Shown one piece after another: positions 40,701 to 49,425 of a DNA stretch of 64,000 nt (its first letter is position 1; every line of letters begins with the position of its first letter). The notes under the pieces were generated by a model that did not search any database, was not told the origin of the DNA, and saw only the letters and a list, made by a program, of their open reading frames with translations. A program made the position numbers and the translations under genes. The stretch spans positions 9,672,001 through 9,736,000 of the forward strand of contig NC_052160.1 in NCBI RefSeq assembly GCF_902713615.1. Direction: 5' to 3'. The DNA is from Scyliorhinus canicula. Its lineage: Eukaryota.

Positions 40701-43700
40701 TTTGCACATTCTCCCCGTGTTTGCGTGGGTTTCGCCCTCACAACCCAAAGATGTGCAGGGTAGGCAGATTAGCCATGCTAAATTGCCCATGCTAAATTGC
40801 CCCTTAATTAGAAAAAATTAATTGGATACACTAAATTTATTTTTTAAAACGTCAATGGAAACATGTCATTTCCCCATAAGCTGCAATGGGGAGCAGGAAT
40901 TTAGCTCAACTAAACTGAAAGCAAAAGGATAATTTTAAGTACTTCCACAGCAGGACCTAGATCTATGCGTGATCTGTGATTAAAAAGTGCTCTATCACTC
41001 AACTGTTCTCATCACAAGTTGGAAATACAAGCAGGGGCTGTTTAGCTCACAGGGCTAATCGCTGGCTTTGAAAGCAGACCAAAGCAAGCCAGCAGCACGG
41101 TTCGATTCCCGTAACAGCCTCCCCGAACAGGCAAGGGAATGTGGTGACTAGGGGCTTTTCACAGTAACTTCATTTGAAGCCTACTCGTGACAATAAGCGA
41201 TTCTCATTTCATTTCAAATAGAAACACATGTAGCACCTTTATTACATACAAAAGGCACTTTATAATGAGGCACTTTATACAGCAGTACAAAGAGTATTGG
41301 AATAACATCCTAGAGACAATAAGGAAAAACGGATTAGGAGCTCTATCGCAATGCAGGCATGTATGTAGATGAAAACAAGCAGTTTCGACAACAGACAGAG
41401 TAGAGTGTTAGATTGAAAACTCAGCACAGCACAAACATTTTGTATGGTCTCCCTCAGCCTAAGCAAAAGGCTGGAAGCAGTATTGAAACAGTCAGAATTT
41501 AAAGCAAGTGTCACGAACAATGGCTTTGATTTTCCTGAAATTGGATGAATGAATTTGTCACTTGTACCTGACCCACAGAAAAAGATAGAGGAAAAGTTGG
41601 ATGTTGCGGGCATATATATGGGAAATGACCCAGTGGCAGATGCTAGAGTAGCACCAAAAAGATCAGCAAGTATCGGCCAAGAATAGATCCTTGGACAGGC
41701 TCTAATGGTGCGAGCAGGGAAGCAAAATGATTGCTAGAATCTGCTTGGCTGCGACCTAATCGTCAAGGGCAGAAACATGCCATCCCACATGGCTAGAAAA
41801 TTAAGAGGCAGGGGAGAACAGTATCATAAAACATCAGAGGCTGAAAGGTTTGAGGAGGCAAAGAGGAAACAGGCCATGGTCAGTCAGTTTGGATGCAATT
41901 TGAGGCTGCAGCCATGGTGATATCAATGGCCTGACCATTGCTAAAACTGGACCTGAAAAATCGAAACATCGAGCTTCAAGATTAGAATAGGTTTCCGGAT
42001 TTGGAGGCAGCAACAGAAGTTTTGAAAGGGATAAGGAGGTCTCCTGGAAAGAGCAATTATTGAGGCTTTAAATATTAAAAGATTTGATAACTAAAGAGAG
42101 AAAAAATATTTGCTGGTGGGAGGGGGCCCAGCGCAAGAGGGGAATAATCTTAAATTAGGACTGGGCCGTTCAGGGCGTTGGAAGGAAACACTTCTTCATA
42201 CAAAGGCTAGTGGAAATTAGGAATAGTTTCACACAAAAAGCTGTTGAATGAAAAAAACTCCACTTGAGACTGTTTTTGTTAGGCAAGGCAAGGGTTTCAA
42301 AGGATATGGATTAAAGACAGGCGAATGAAGGCAAGGTACAGAACAGCCATGATTAACTGAATTAGAGGGACTGAATGACCTACTTTTCACCTTGGATGGG
42401 TGATGGGTCTATGAACTGATTAGTTGGATGGGAAGAATATAAAGGAGAAGAATCTCATGGAAGAGGAATGGGGGCGGCACCTGAGGGAGATGGGGAATTA
42501 AGTGCAAAGTGACAAGATCAGTGGTGCAATCTTTGGTAGACTGTAGCCAGCTTGTTCAGCCCAATACAGCAACAGCTTTTTTAAAGATTAAACTATGCTT
42601 TTCCAAGCGTCATTTTAAAAAAGTTGACTTACTGGTCTTCAGTTCCAAAGAATTTTACAAAGAAGCATTTTTTCCCCCGTGGTTTCTTTAGATCTTTAGG
42701 TGGGTTAACAATCTTAAAACAGAAAAACACGGATTTTAATTGTTAATCAGTTATAGACATAAATGAGAATCACAGTTCCACAAGAGAAGTAACTCTGGAA
42801 TTCAGTACAAGGATTGATTAGCACAAAGGTAAATGGCTGGTGTTCATTGGTAATGGTGCAGAAACCAATTTGGAGATAACATACTGGTCAACATTCTACC
42901 AAATCACAAGTAGCGTTCTCTGCAATAGAGCCGTTTCATATTAAAAAATGTACTAGCTTAGAATACAGTCTTAAGTTGCTAAGATGTTCAAACACAAGTT
43001 ACTGTGGATACGGGAATGCAAAACCAAAACAGATGACTGTCGCTCCACAAAAAAAATTGAGAAAACTATTTTTTTTGGTATCTTTTGCAGTTTTCAAGAA
43101 CCCATTTTATAAGTTTCTCTATCAATATTTATATACATATACACGGCAATCATTTTTGTACTTCGTTTTTGCATTAGTTTCTATTGAGGCAATCTTTGCT
43201 TTTGAGACTTTTGCAGCATTATTTGAAAATTATTTTATATTTATAATAATTTTGACTTTAGTGCTGATAGGTAGCTTTGTCTAGTTATTTAGAAAGTTAC
43301 ATTCTTGAAATGTTGGTACTGCCTTGCCAGCTCGAATGCCACTTGACAGAAGGAATTGGAAGAATTACCTCCAACAGATCTAGACCAGAAGCTAAACTAT
43401 GTGTCTGAACTTGCATTACTAAATATGGTCCCAGTTTCAGCAACTTGGTAATCCTTTTTTACTGTATTTTTTCTTTTTGACAAACACTGCAACTGCTTGC
43501 ACGTCTCCCACTAGCTTTACTTCAGCCAATGTGGCAGCCCTCAAAAACTGCTTGCTCATAATTTCACCATTATTGCTTAGCATCAGCTGTTCCCCTCCTT
43601 ACTACTGAAATTAACCTTCAGAGGCAAGTCAGAGATCTGGTATTAATAAGTTACTAACACCACAACACCATTCCACAAACACAATGATTAAAAATATCAA

Positions 43701-45324
43701 AACTCACAGCATGTTGTGTACAAAAGGGCAACTTAAAGAGAGGGCGAGGTTTCAAACAGAAGGCTACATTTTTTTGCATAAAGTAAATTCAAACATCAAA
43801 TGTTTGTTGCTCTTTAAACTAAAGTCCTGATAATAAGTAATACCACACACACACACTCCGGTCCCCACAGGCCCACCGCCCCCCCTCTCCACACATGCCG
43901 CCGCCCCCCCCCCCCCCCCCCCCCCCTCTCCCCACATGCCGCCCCCCCCCCCCCCCCCCCACCACCACCACCACCACCATACACATGCCACCCCACAGAT
44001 GTAACCTAGACACACCCCCACCACCCTCCACACACACACTCCACCAGCAACCCATCCTGCCCCCCGCCCCATGCACACACACACCCCACCTCCCCTCACA
44101 CACCCCCACCAGCACCCCACCTCCCCTCACACACCCCCACCAGCACCCCACCTCCCCTCACACACCCCCACCAGCACCCCACCTCCCCTCACACACCCCC
44201 ACCAGCACCCCACCTCCCCTCACACCCCCCCACCAGCACCCCACCTCCCCTCACACACCCCCACCAGCACCCCACCTCCCCTCACACACCCCCACCAGCA
44301 CCCCACCTCCCCTCACACACCCCCACCAACACCCCACCCCATCCGGACCCGCCGCAAACACCCCGCCCCATCCGGACCCGCCGCAAACACCCCGCCCCAT
44401 CCGGACCCGCCGCAAACACCCCGGCCCATCCGGACCCGCCGCAAACACCCCGCCCCATCCGGACCCGCCACCAACACCCCGCCCCATCCGGACCCGCCGC
44501 AAACACCCCGCCCCATCCGGACCCGCCGCAAACACCCCGCCCCATCCGGACCCACCGCAAACACCCCGGCCCATCCGGACCCACCGCCAACACCCCGCCC
44601 CATCCGGACCCACCGCCAACAGCCCGCCCCATCCGGACCCACCACCAACACCCCGCCCCATCCGGACCCACCACCAACACCCCGCCCCATCCGGACCCAC
44701 CAACACCCCGCCCCATCCGGACCCACCACCAAAACCCCACCCCATCCGGACCCACCACCAACACCCCACCCCATCCGGACTCACCAACACCCCACCCCAC
44801 CATGAATACCCCACCCCATCCACACACACCCACCTCCCCTCACACACCCCCACCACCCCGCCCTACAACCCCCACCAACACCCCGCCCCTTCCAGACCCA
44901 CCATGAACACCCCACCAGCCCCCTCCCCACATCCCACCACCACCACCCACCGTATATACACACACACACACCCATGTAGCCTTCCACAAACCCTACACCC
45001 ATTTCCTCCACCCTATGCAACAGGTCAAAACGCTCCAGCACGCCGGCTTTCAAGACTCACCTTTCCGGGCCAGGGCGGGTACCGACCCAGCTTCCCCCTG
45101 AGGGAAGAGAAAAGCGAGATGTCACCAAAGAAAAAAAAAGAAAGACATAACAAAATGTTTCCTTTTTGTTTTGAAGAGAAGAGAGCGACTCGGTGTGCAG
45201 GGCTGAGGGGGAAAAATAACCGCGCAGCGATCGCGTTTAAATTAGTTTTGAAAACCAGCGGGCGGGGAGAGGCTGCCGTGTCTTACCAAACCAGATCGCC
45301 CACCCGCAAACCGGCCGCCGCCAT
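5470..45324 (-). CDS. GLYR1: Cytokine-like nuclear factor N-PAC / putative oxidoreductase GLYR1; 16 coding exons, 504 aa (PWWP, AT-hook, LSD2-binding linker, beta-hydroxyacid dehydrogenase-like domain)
   Basis: join of 45287-45324, 45061-45097, 42633-42712, 39038-39161, 28284-28415, 27870-27938, 20958-21011, 17854-17904, 15753-15826, 14733-14832, 13344-13454, 11492-11593, 9497-9659, 7905-8084, 7353-7477, 5470-5544 = 1515 nt. The frame is open, all introns are GT-AG, and the translation follows human GLYR1 end to end. Confidence 0.96.
7058..7080. repeat. (GA)n microsatellite
   Basis: Visible dinucleotide run. Confidence 0.9.
7353..7477 (-). CDS. GLYR1: GLYR1 exon 15 ([41 protein letters not shown])
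   Basis: CAG/GTAAGT, 125 nt, contains the conserved KDLRLA motif. Confidence 0.96.
7905..8084 (-). CDS. GLYR1: GLYR1 exon 14 ([21 protein letters not shown]...LDQKCQ)
   Basis: CAG/GTAAAT, 180 nt, phase 1-1. Confidence 0.96.
8221..8345. mobile_element. Old Penelope-type terminal-repeat fragment
   Basis: agaaaatgc...ggcagcatctg...cgtcaaag resembles the copies at 34761 and 55097. Confidence 0.4.
8350..8532 (-). mobile_element. Short tRNA-head SINE (tail ...gtgacaataagcgattttc(atttc)n)
   Basis: Near-identical to copies at 31780, 41033, 48720 and 54330; has A/B-box-like tttagctca and ggttcgattcc. Confidence 0.85.
8975..9185 (-). mobile_element. V-SINE (short subfamily)
   Basis: tRNA head, V-domain, tail aaattgccccttaa. 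Confidence 0.9.
9497..9659 (-). CDS. GLYR1: GLYR1 exon 13 ([16 protein letters not shown]...SFYL)
   Basis: TAG/GTAGGT, 163 nt, contains the EAPVSG substrate-binding motif of beta-HAD enzymes. Confidence 0.96.
10105..10385 (-). mobile_element. Ancient LF-SINE-like element
   Basis: Minus strand tggtgctgagccat...ttaactgagctcgg...cagcagt...gaaaagtg...acaggact...gatgc is colinear with the LF-SINE consensus as I recall it, but heavily diverged. Confidence 0.5.
10975..11190 (-). mobile_element. V-SINE (short subfamily)
   Basis: Full head gggcagcacggtggcacagtggttagc, V-domain and tail. Confidence 0.92.
11492..11593 (-). CDS. GLYR1: GLYR1 exon 12 ([34 protein letters not shown])
   Basis: CAG/GTAATA, 102 nt. 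Confidence 0.96.
11690..13215 (-). mobile_element. Rex1/Babar-type LINE, 5'-truncated and frameshifted
   Basis: RT motifs NTGAPQ...[14 protein letters not shown] and [20 protein letters not shown]; tail aataaacaaatccaatcc. Confidence 0.85.
13344..13454 (-). CDS. GLYR1: GLYR1 exon 11 ([37 protein letters not shown])
   Basis: CAG/GTAAGT, 111 nt. Confidence 0.96.
13576..13910 (+). mobile_element. V-SINE (long HE1-like subfamily)
   Basis: tRNA head, V-domain, CR1-like tail. Confidence 0.92.
14130..14680 (-). mobile_element. Old DeuSINE-like element, with a small CR1-tail fragment inside
   Basis: Recognisable Deu-domain-type blocks (gcacacagcaag, cagatc...gataaat, aaaagacagcatctcc, ctctggagtgg...gaacccacaa). 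Confidence 0.55.
14733..14832 (-). CDS. GLYR1: GLYR1 exon 10 ([33 protein letters not shown])
   Basis: CAG/GTATGC, 100 nt, Rossmann GLGLMG and WNRT motifs. Confidence 0.97.
15125..15435 (-). mobile_element. tRNA-derived SINE sharing its 3' tail with the LINE at 24170; contains an inserted copy of the end of exon 10
   Basis: Head ggtggcatagtggtattgtc...ggttcgaatccc; tail gggcaattagagatgggcaataaatgctggc...cccacgtcccgtgaacgaataaa. Confidence 0.8.
15753..15826 (-). CDS. GLYR1: GLYR1 exon 9 ([24 protein letters not shown])
   Basis: TAG/GTAAGG, 74 nt. Confidence 0.95.
16050..17380. mobile_element. Degenerate CR1 LINE fragments (plus ~16050-17000; minus 3' end ~17005-17380)
   Basis: Remnants of gnYRPVTLT and [15 protein letters not shown]. 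Confidence 0.6.
17854..17904 (-). CDS. GLYR1: GLYR1 exon 8 ([17 protein letters not shown])
   Basis: CAG/GTTAGT, 51 nt, phase 0-0. Same length as the human segment PAVCYQAITKKLKICEE but diverged. Confidence 0.8.
20958..21011 (-). CDS. GLYR1: GLYR1 exon 7 ([18 protein letters not shown]; LSD2/KDM1B-stimulating linker)
   Basis: CAG/GTAAGA, 54 nt; [11 protein letters not shown] is identical to human. Confidence 0.96.
22335..23330 (-). mobile_element. LTR-like element, interrupted by a plus-strand V-SINE at 22499-22715
   Basis: Its end (ttttggtccagtaacctagccacc...ctgggatcataa) matches the end of 50520-51305. Confidence 0.5.
24677..26313 (+). mobile_element. Young 5'-truncated L1-clade LINE (ORF2 C-terminus, open to the stop at 25977)
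   Basis: GGLALPNL and CERC...HAHMFWSC zinc knuckle; G-rich 3' UTR and A-tail; exact 14-bp TSD AGAAAGTATTCCTT at 24663-24676 and 26314-26327. Confidence 0.93.
26650..27336 (+). mobile_element. Solo LTR (Gypsy-like)
   Basis: TGTCA...CAACA ends; 4-bp flanks CACT/CATT; internal AATAAA; interrupts the host LINE; related to 48655-49425. Confidence 0.7.
27870..27938 (-). CDS. GLYR1: GLYR1 exon 6 ([23 protein letters not shown])
   Basis: CAG/GTGGGT, 69 nt; aligns with human [24 protein letters not shown]. Confidence 0.9.
28284..28415 (-). CDS. GLYR1: GLYR1 exon 5 ([13 protein letters not shown]...[12 protein letters not shown]; AT-hook)
   Basis: CAG/GTTGGT, 132 nt, AT-hook RKRGRPPK. Confidence 0.93.
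31780..31952 (-). mobile_element. Short tRNA-head SINE
   Basis: Same family as 8350-8532. Confidence 0.88.
31955..33087 (-). mobile_element. Young CR1 (HER1-like) LINE RT fragment
   Basis: [45 protein letters not shown]. Confidence 0.93.
34761..34863 (-). mobile_element. Penelope-type terminal-repeat fragment with a degenerate hammerhead motif
   Basis: Minus strand ctttgacgaagggccatctagactgtaaacgttggctcttttctctccctacagatg...; same family as 55097-55340. Confidence 0.7.
35056..36672. mobile_element. Non-autonomous hAT (Charlie-like) DNA transposon
   Basis: TIRs CAGGGTTTTTCAAA / TTTGAAAAACACTG (13/14); degenerate 8-bp flanks GCATAGAG / ATGTAGAG; the CR1 frame resumes on both sides; contains a V-SINE at 36045-36395. 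Confidence 0.75.
36804..37969 (+). mobile_element. Young 5'-truncated L1-clade LINE (second subfamily; ORF open to 37734)
   Basis: CARC...HVHMFWAC; poly-G tract, AATAAA and A-tail; exact 16-bp TSD AAACAGGGAACACACA at 36788-36803 and 37970-37985. Confidence 0.93.
39038..39161 (-). CDS. GLYR1: GLYR1 exon 4 ([41 protein letters not shown])
   Basis: CAG/GTAAGA, 124 nt, C-terminal half of the PWWP domain. Confidence 0.96.
39295..39597 (-). mobile_element. V-SINE with an alternative (gtgacactaataaag) tail
   Basis: V-domain plus the tail of the short SINE family; sister copy at 48100-48400 (+). Confidence 0.88.
40608..40845 (+). mobile_element. V-SINE (short subfamily)
   Basis: Head, V-domain and tail; internal duplication of ccatgctaaattgc. 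Confidence 0.9.
41033..41217 (+). mobile_element. Short tRNA-head SINE
   Basis: Same family as 8350-8532. Confidence 0.88.
42633..42712 (-). CDS. GLYR1: GLYR1 exon 3 ([26 protein letters not shown])
   Basis: AAG/GTAAGT, 80 nt, identical to the human peptide. Confidence 0.97.
43840..45000. repeat. Compound C-rich minisatellite in GLYR1 intron 2: poly-C, a 31-bp unit (~44080-44335) and a 29-bp unit ATCCGGACCCGCCGCAAACACCCCGCCCC (~44338-44800)
   Basis: Periodicity read directly from the sequence. Confidence 0.95.
45061..45097 (-). CDS. GLYR1: GLYR1 exon 2 ([12 protein letters not shown]; PWWP motif)
   Basis: CAG/GTGAGT, 37 nt. Confidence 0.97.
45287..45324 (-). CDS. GLYR1: GLYR1 coding exon 1 ([13 protein letters not shown])
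   Basis: AAGATGG Kozak context, 38 nt, donor GTAAGA. Confidence 0.96.
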
Positions 45325-45801
45325 CTTGCTCAGAGCCGCCCGTCCATCTCCCTCCCTCCCGCCCAACGCCCTCCCACGTGATCCTCACAGGTCAGAGGTC
45401 GACGCCCTCAGATTTAATCGTGTTTCTTTTTTGCACGCGAATGCCGGTTTCCAGCAGCAGGAATAATTGTTTGATTTTTTTTTTTGTGTGGGGTGAGAGA
45501 TAGTGAAAAAAAAAACTTTTAAAATCGTGGCCCGAGGAGGCGATGGGAGAGAGGGCGCGCGCGCATGCGCGGCTGCTGGGCAAGATGGCGGCGGCCGCCG
45601 AAGTTTGTCGGGTTTGTTTTTGTTGCTGTTGAAGGGATTGTGATTGTTCGGCGGCGCGGCTTCTCTCCGCCCGCCCCACCCCCCCTCCTCGCAACTGCCG
45701 CCCAGCAAACAAAAGAGAAGCTGGTCGAACCGGGAGAGGGTGAAGGAGCGAGGCGAAGGGGGGGAGAGAGAGAGGGGGTCCCGCGCGCAGCCGGCCGCAA
45801 C
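45325..45801. promoter_or_regulatory. GLYR1/UBN1 bidirectional CpG-island promoter and 5' UTRs
   Basis: 477 bp between divergent ATGs. YY1-type AAGATGGCGGC on both strands, NRF1-type GCGCATGCGC at 45561-45570, E-box CACGTG at 45375-45380. Confidence 0.85.
45585..45632 (+). other. Candidate uORF MAAAAEVCRVCFCCC* upstream of UBN1
   Basis: ATG in AAGATGG context; TGA at 45630-45632; out of frame with UBN1. Confidence 0.4.
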
Positions 45802-46023
45802 ATGGCCGAACCGCGACGAGTGTCCCTGACTACGTTGCCCGTCTCCGCTCCTCTCCTCAAGAAGAGAGAGGACGACGACGGGGAGGAGGAGGAGGCCGCC
45901 GCCGTGCTGTTGGTGAAGGGGGAGATATCGGCCGTCACGTCGCGCCACACGCTGGCTCTCTCCGAGTCGAGTGAGAAGAGTTGCCCCGAGTTCTTTTACC
46001 CCGAGTTGATGCGAGTGCGGAAG
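45802..46023 (+). CDS. UBN1: Ubinuclein-1 (HIRA complex subunit), coding exon 1, 74 codons; later exons not identified in the window
   Basis: MAEPRRV...TLALSESSEKSCPEFFYPELM matches the ubinuclein N-terminal conserved block (human UBN1 CPEFFYPEL); donor AAG/GTGAG; head-to-head with GLYR1 as in human. Confidence 0.9.
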
Positions 46024-46866
46024 GTGAGCTCTGCCCTGGGGCCCGCCAGAGTGTGCGGGTGTAAAGTTAACGGAGGTGTAGCCGATCTGGAACCTTCCAC
46101 CCCCCCGGTAATCTTAATTTGTGTTTTGTTTTTAAAAAGAAACCACTGACTCAAAAGAGGTGCAAAGTCTCACCAGCTCTCCGGGCGCCGAATTAAAATT
46201 AGCTCGGCTCTCACCTACTTAAGTTGCCGTGAGTTTGCACCGACTTGTTTTGCTAATCCTGCTCGGCCAGTGTTGTCTTTTGGACAGATGGTCGTGCACA
46301 CATCCGATCTGCCTGACGTAATCTGGAAACCACGCTTGGTACCGTTTTGAGCTGCCCCATTAATTCATAATTTTTTGCGGCTCAAAGGTGCGTTTCAAGC
46401 ACTAATCCTCCACCCCCCCCCCCCCCCCTTTGCACAGATGAAGTGGTAACATTAATATTCTGCGTCCCACAGTGTTTTCTTTCAAAGGCGCTTGTTTACT
46501 GCGCAACGGTTTCACACTCAATGATTTAAGGCGTCAACAATGATTGAAATAATATGGTTTGAACAAGAAAACTGGAAAAAATGCATCAGCTCCAAAACGA
46601 TGTGTCCCATGGTCAAATACTTTTGTCTGCACGTAACAAAACGTCGTTTTAATGATCGAAACTGCAATACTCGTACTCAAATGCTGTCTAAATTCATGAG
46701 ATTGTGCTTTGGGAATTAAAAAAAACAAAGTTTTGTTTACCTAAGTTAGTTCCTAATGGGTTGGACAACCAAAGTAGCAGAAGGAACAAGATATGTCCCG
46801 ATGAGGTGAGGGGTGACAGTAAAAGTGGACTGGAAATCTAAAATCAAGTTTGTCTGACTGGAGTTC

Positions 46867-47190
46867 GGGCAGCACGGTAGTATAGTGGTTAGCACAATTG
46901 CTTCACAGCGCCAGGGTTCCAGGTTCGATTCCCCGCTGGGTCACCGTCTGTGCGGAGTCTGCACGTTCTCCCTGTGTGTGCGTGGGTTTCCTCCGGGTGC
47001 TCTGGTTTCCTCCCACAGTCCAAAGATGTGCAGGTTAGGTGGATTTGCCATGCTAAATTGCCCTCAGTGTCCAAAATTGCCCTTAGTGTTGGGTTGGGTT
47101 ATGGGGATAGGGTGTGGGCTTGGGTAGGGTGCTCTTGCCAAGAGCCGTGCAGACTCGATGGGCCGAATGGCCTGCACTGTAAGTTCTATG
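46867..47190 (+). mobile_element. V-SINE (long subfamily)
   Basis: Head, V-domain, CR1-like tail. Confidence 0.92.
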
Positions 47191-48099
47191 AAACTGAGTT
47201 AAGTTAGAGCTTTCTCTTGACTTCATCCTGAGCCTTGCTAAGCTTCATACCATACTATAGCAGTAACGTACATGCAGCTGGAGTTTGGTACCCAGCCATC
47301 TTACTTGGCTTCAGTAGAGTGAATTTTATTGTGTGTATGAATGCTGTAAGTGGAGCAGCAGGGTAATGCTATTTGCAGTGTAAACGTTCAATCTTAAATT
47401 TGTATTTTCCTTGTAAAAAGATGCTTAAAAGTGGAGTAGTAGTTGAAATTTAACTATAAAATTTCAGAATTGATTGTGATATTTGGGGAATGAAACAATG
47501 TTAGTGCATTCTCCGTTTTGGTTCTTGCTCTGCATACCATGGTAACAAACTCTTAAAAAATGAAGCGCTGTTGAGAAAAAATGACAAATACAAGGTTTCC
47601 ACAATTTCGGAGGCATTTCTGCTCCGTGAATTGCTGCTGCTTTCACAATTTTGAAAAAAAGGAACACCTAAAAGACTTAATCAGCCGAATTGTCATAATA
47701 CTTTTTTCCCTTTAATTTACTCAATTACACATTTTACAGAATTAAACATGGAAATACTCAGGTCTTATTTGAAGCAAGGTAGAATGGCAAATACTTTAGA
47801 AATCAGTTTTCAGTATGTCGTGGGTGGGACGATAATCGGGCAAGTTTTCATCTGTTAAGGTTTGATTATTTCCATCATTTGCTTTGGAAATTTGTACTAT
47901 TGCAAACCAGGAGGAAAGTTGGATTTATATTAGCTACTGTGCACATAAACACAATTTAATTTTTAAAATGTATGTAATGGAGGTTGATTTATGAGCAATG
48001 CCATACTCCATTAGCGTCAGTGGCCTCAACCAATGAATTGGCATTTTTTGCCAACAATCTGAGAGTCCACATATGTTGTGAATCCTCTATGACTCTATT

Positions 48100-48400
48100 G
48101 GGGTGGCATGGTAGTACAGTGATTAGCACTGTAGCGTTACAGTGCCGCGGTCCCAGGTTCGATTCCCGGCTTGGGTCACTGTCTGTGTGAAGTCCGCACG
48201 TTCTCCCCGTGTCTGCATGAGATCCTCCGGGTGCTCCGGTTTCCTCCCACAAGTCCCAAAAGACGTGCTGTTAGGTAATTTGGACATTCTGAATTCTCCC
48301 TCTGTGTACCCGAACAGGCGCCAGAATGTGGCGACTAGGGGCTTTTCACAGTAACGTGCAGTGTTAATGTATGCCTATTTGTGACAATAGAGATGATTAT
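48100..48400 (+). mobile_element. V-SINE with alternative tail
   Basis: Sister of 39295-39597. Confidence 0.85.
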
Positions 48401-48654
48401 TGCTGGAATAAAGGATTAGCATACTTGGGTGGATGTTTTTGACGGGCGCTGACACAATCGGACGAAGGGCCTTTTCTGTGCTGTAGATCTGACTATAATT
48501 TCCCCAAAAATCTATTTTGCAGACAGGCCAAATCATTATTTCAGGATCTAAATACAGCAACAGCAAATGCTTATATCTTCTTGCAAAAATTGAATTTTCT
48601 GAGGCACAACACTAATCACAAATGGACTGGTGACCGCAATCAGCTTTGGCTCAC

Positions 48655-49425
48655 CTGAGCCAGGGTTTAGAGAACCTCAAAGTGTATCATCGAGTTCACC
48701 TGACCCACAACTTTTAATAGAAATTAAAATGAAAATCGCTTTATTGTCACGAGTAGGCTTCAATGAAGTTACTGTGAAAAGCCCCTAGTCGCCACATTCC
48801 GGCGCCTGTCCGGGGAGGCAGGTACGGAATCGAACCGTGCTGCTGGCCTGCTTGGTCTGCTTTAAAAGCCAGCGATTTTAGCTGAGTGAGCTAAACCAGC
48901 CCCTAGATTGTGGTATGGGGAGCCCACGGCCCACTCTACAGGTGCGGTAGAGCAGAAATCGAAAAGTATTTTTGTAAAGCAAAACAGTGTTTATTCTATG
49001 AACTCAAGTTAACCTTTTTAAAACATACAGTGAACATCTTAGCAACCATTAATTCAAATACAACCCCCAAAGACTACAACACTAAGTAATGCTTATGCTG
49101 TCGTTTTAACATCCAGAAGACTTACAAAAAACATAACCTTCAACAGAAGCACATCAGGTGAAAGTCACTACTGAAAACATTTATAATTCTGAATTCACCA
49201 AATGATCTAGAGAAAGTCTTTTCATGGCAGAGAGAACAGCAGTGCAGCTGCTTTGTCTGACTTCAGCTCCAACCCTGAAAACAAAACCAAAAAGACACAG
49301 ACACACCCAAGCTTTTCTCAAAGTGAAACTAAAAAACAGAGCCAGAGCTTAGCTCCACCCACACTCTGACATCACTGCAGTAACATGAGCAGCCAAACAT
49401 TTCTTAAAGTGACATTCTCATGACA
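48655..49425 (-). mobile_element. Solo LTR-like element with a nested short SINE (48720-48903)
   Basis: Minus strand starts TGTCATGAGAATGTCACTTTAAG, like 26650 (TGTCATGCGAGTGTCCCTTAAAAG); both share ggtcaggtgaact near the 3' end. Confidence 0.65.

Noticed and set aside
44338-44800. CRISPR-like array of ~29-bp repeats
   Set aside because: Head-to-tail units without unique spacers, in a eukaryotic intron with no cas genes.
43764-45466. 523-aa and other Pro/His/Gly-rich ORFs
   Set aside because: Translations of minisatellites on both strands, overlapping GLYR1 intron 2 and exons 1-2.
45385-45950. Minus-strand ORFs over the promoter
   Set aside because: GC-rich antisense frames with no recognisable homology.
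45565-46149. 194-aa ORF as the full UBN1 exon, with a 79-aa N-terminal extension
   Set aside because: The upstream ATG lies in the NRF1-type palindrome in weak context. Homology starts at 45802 and ends at the donor after 46023.
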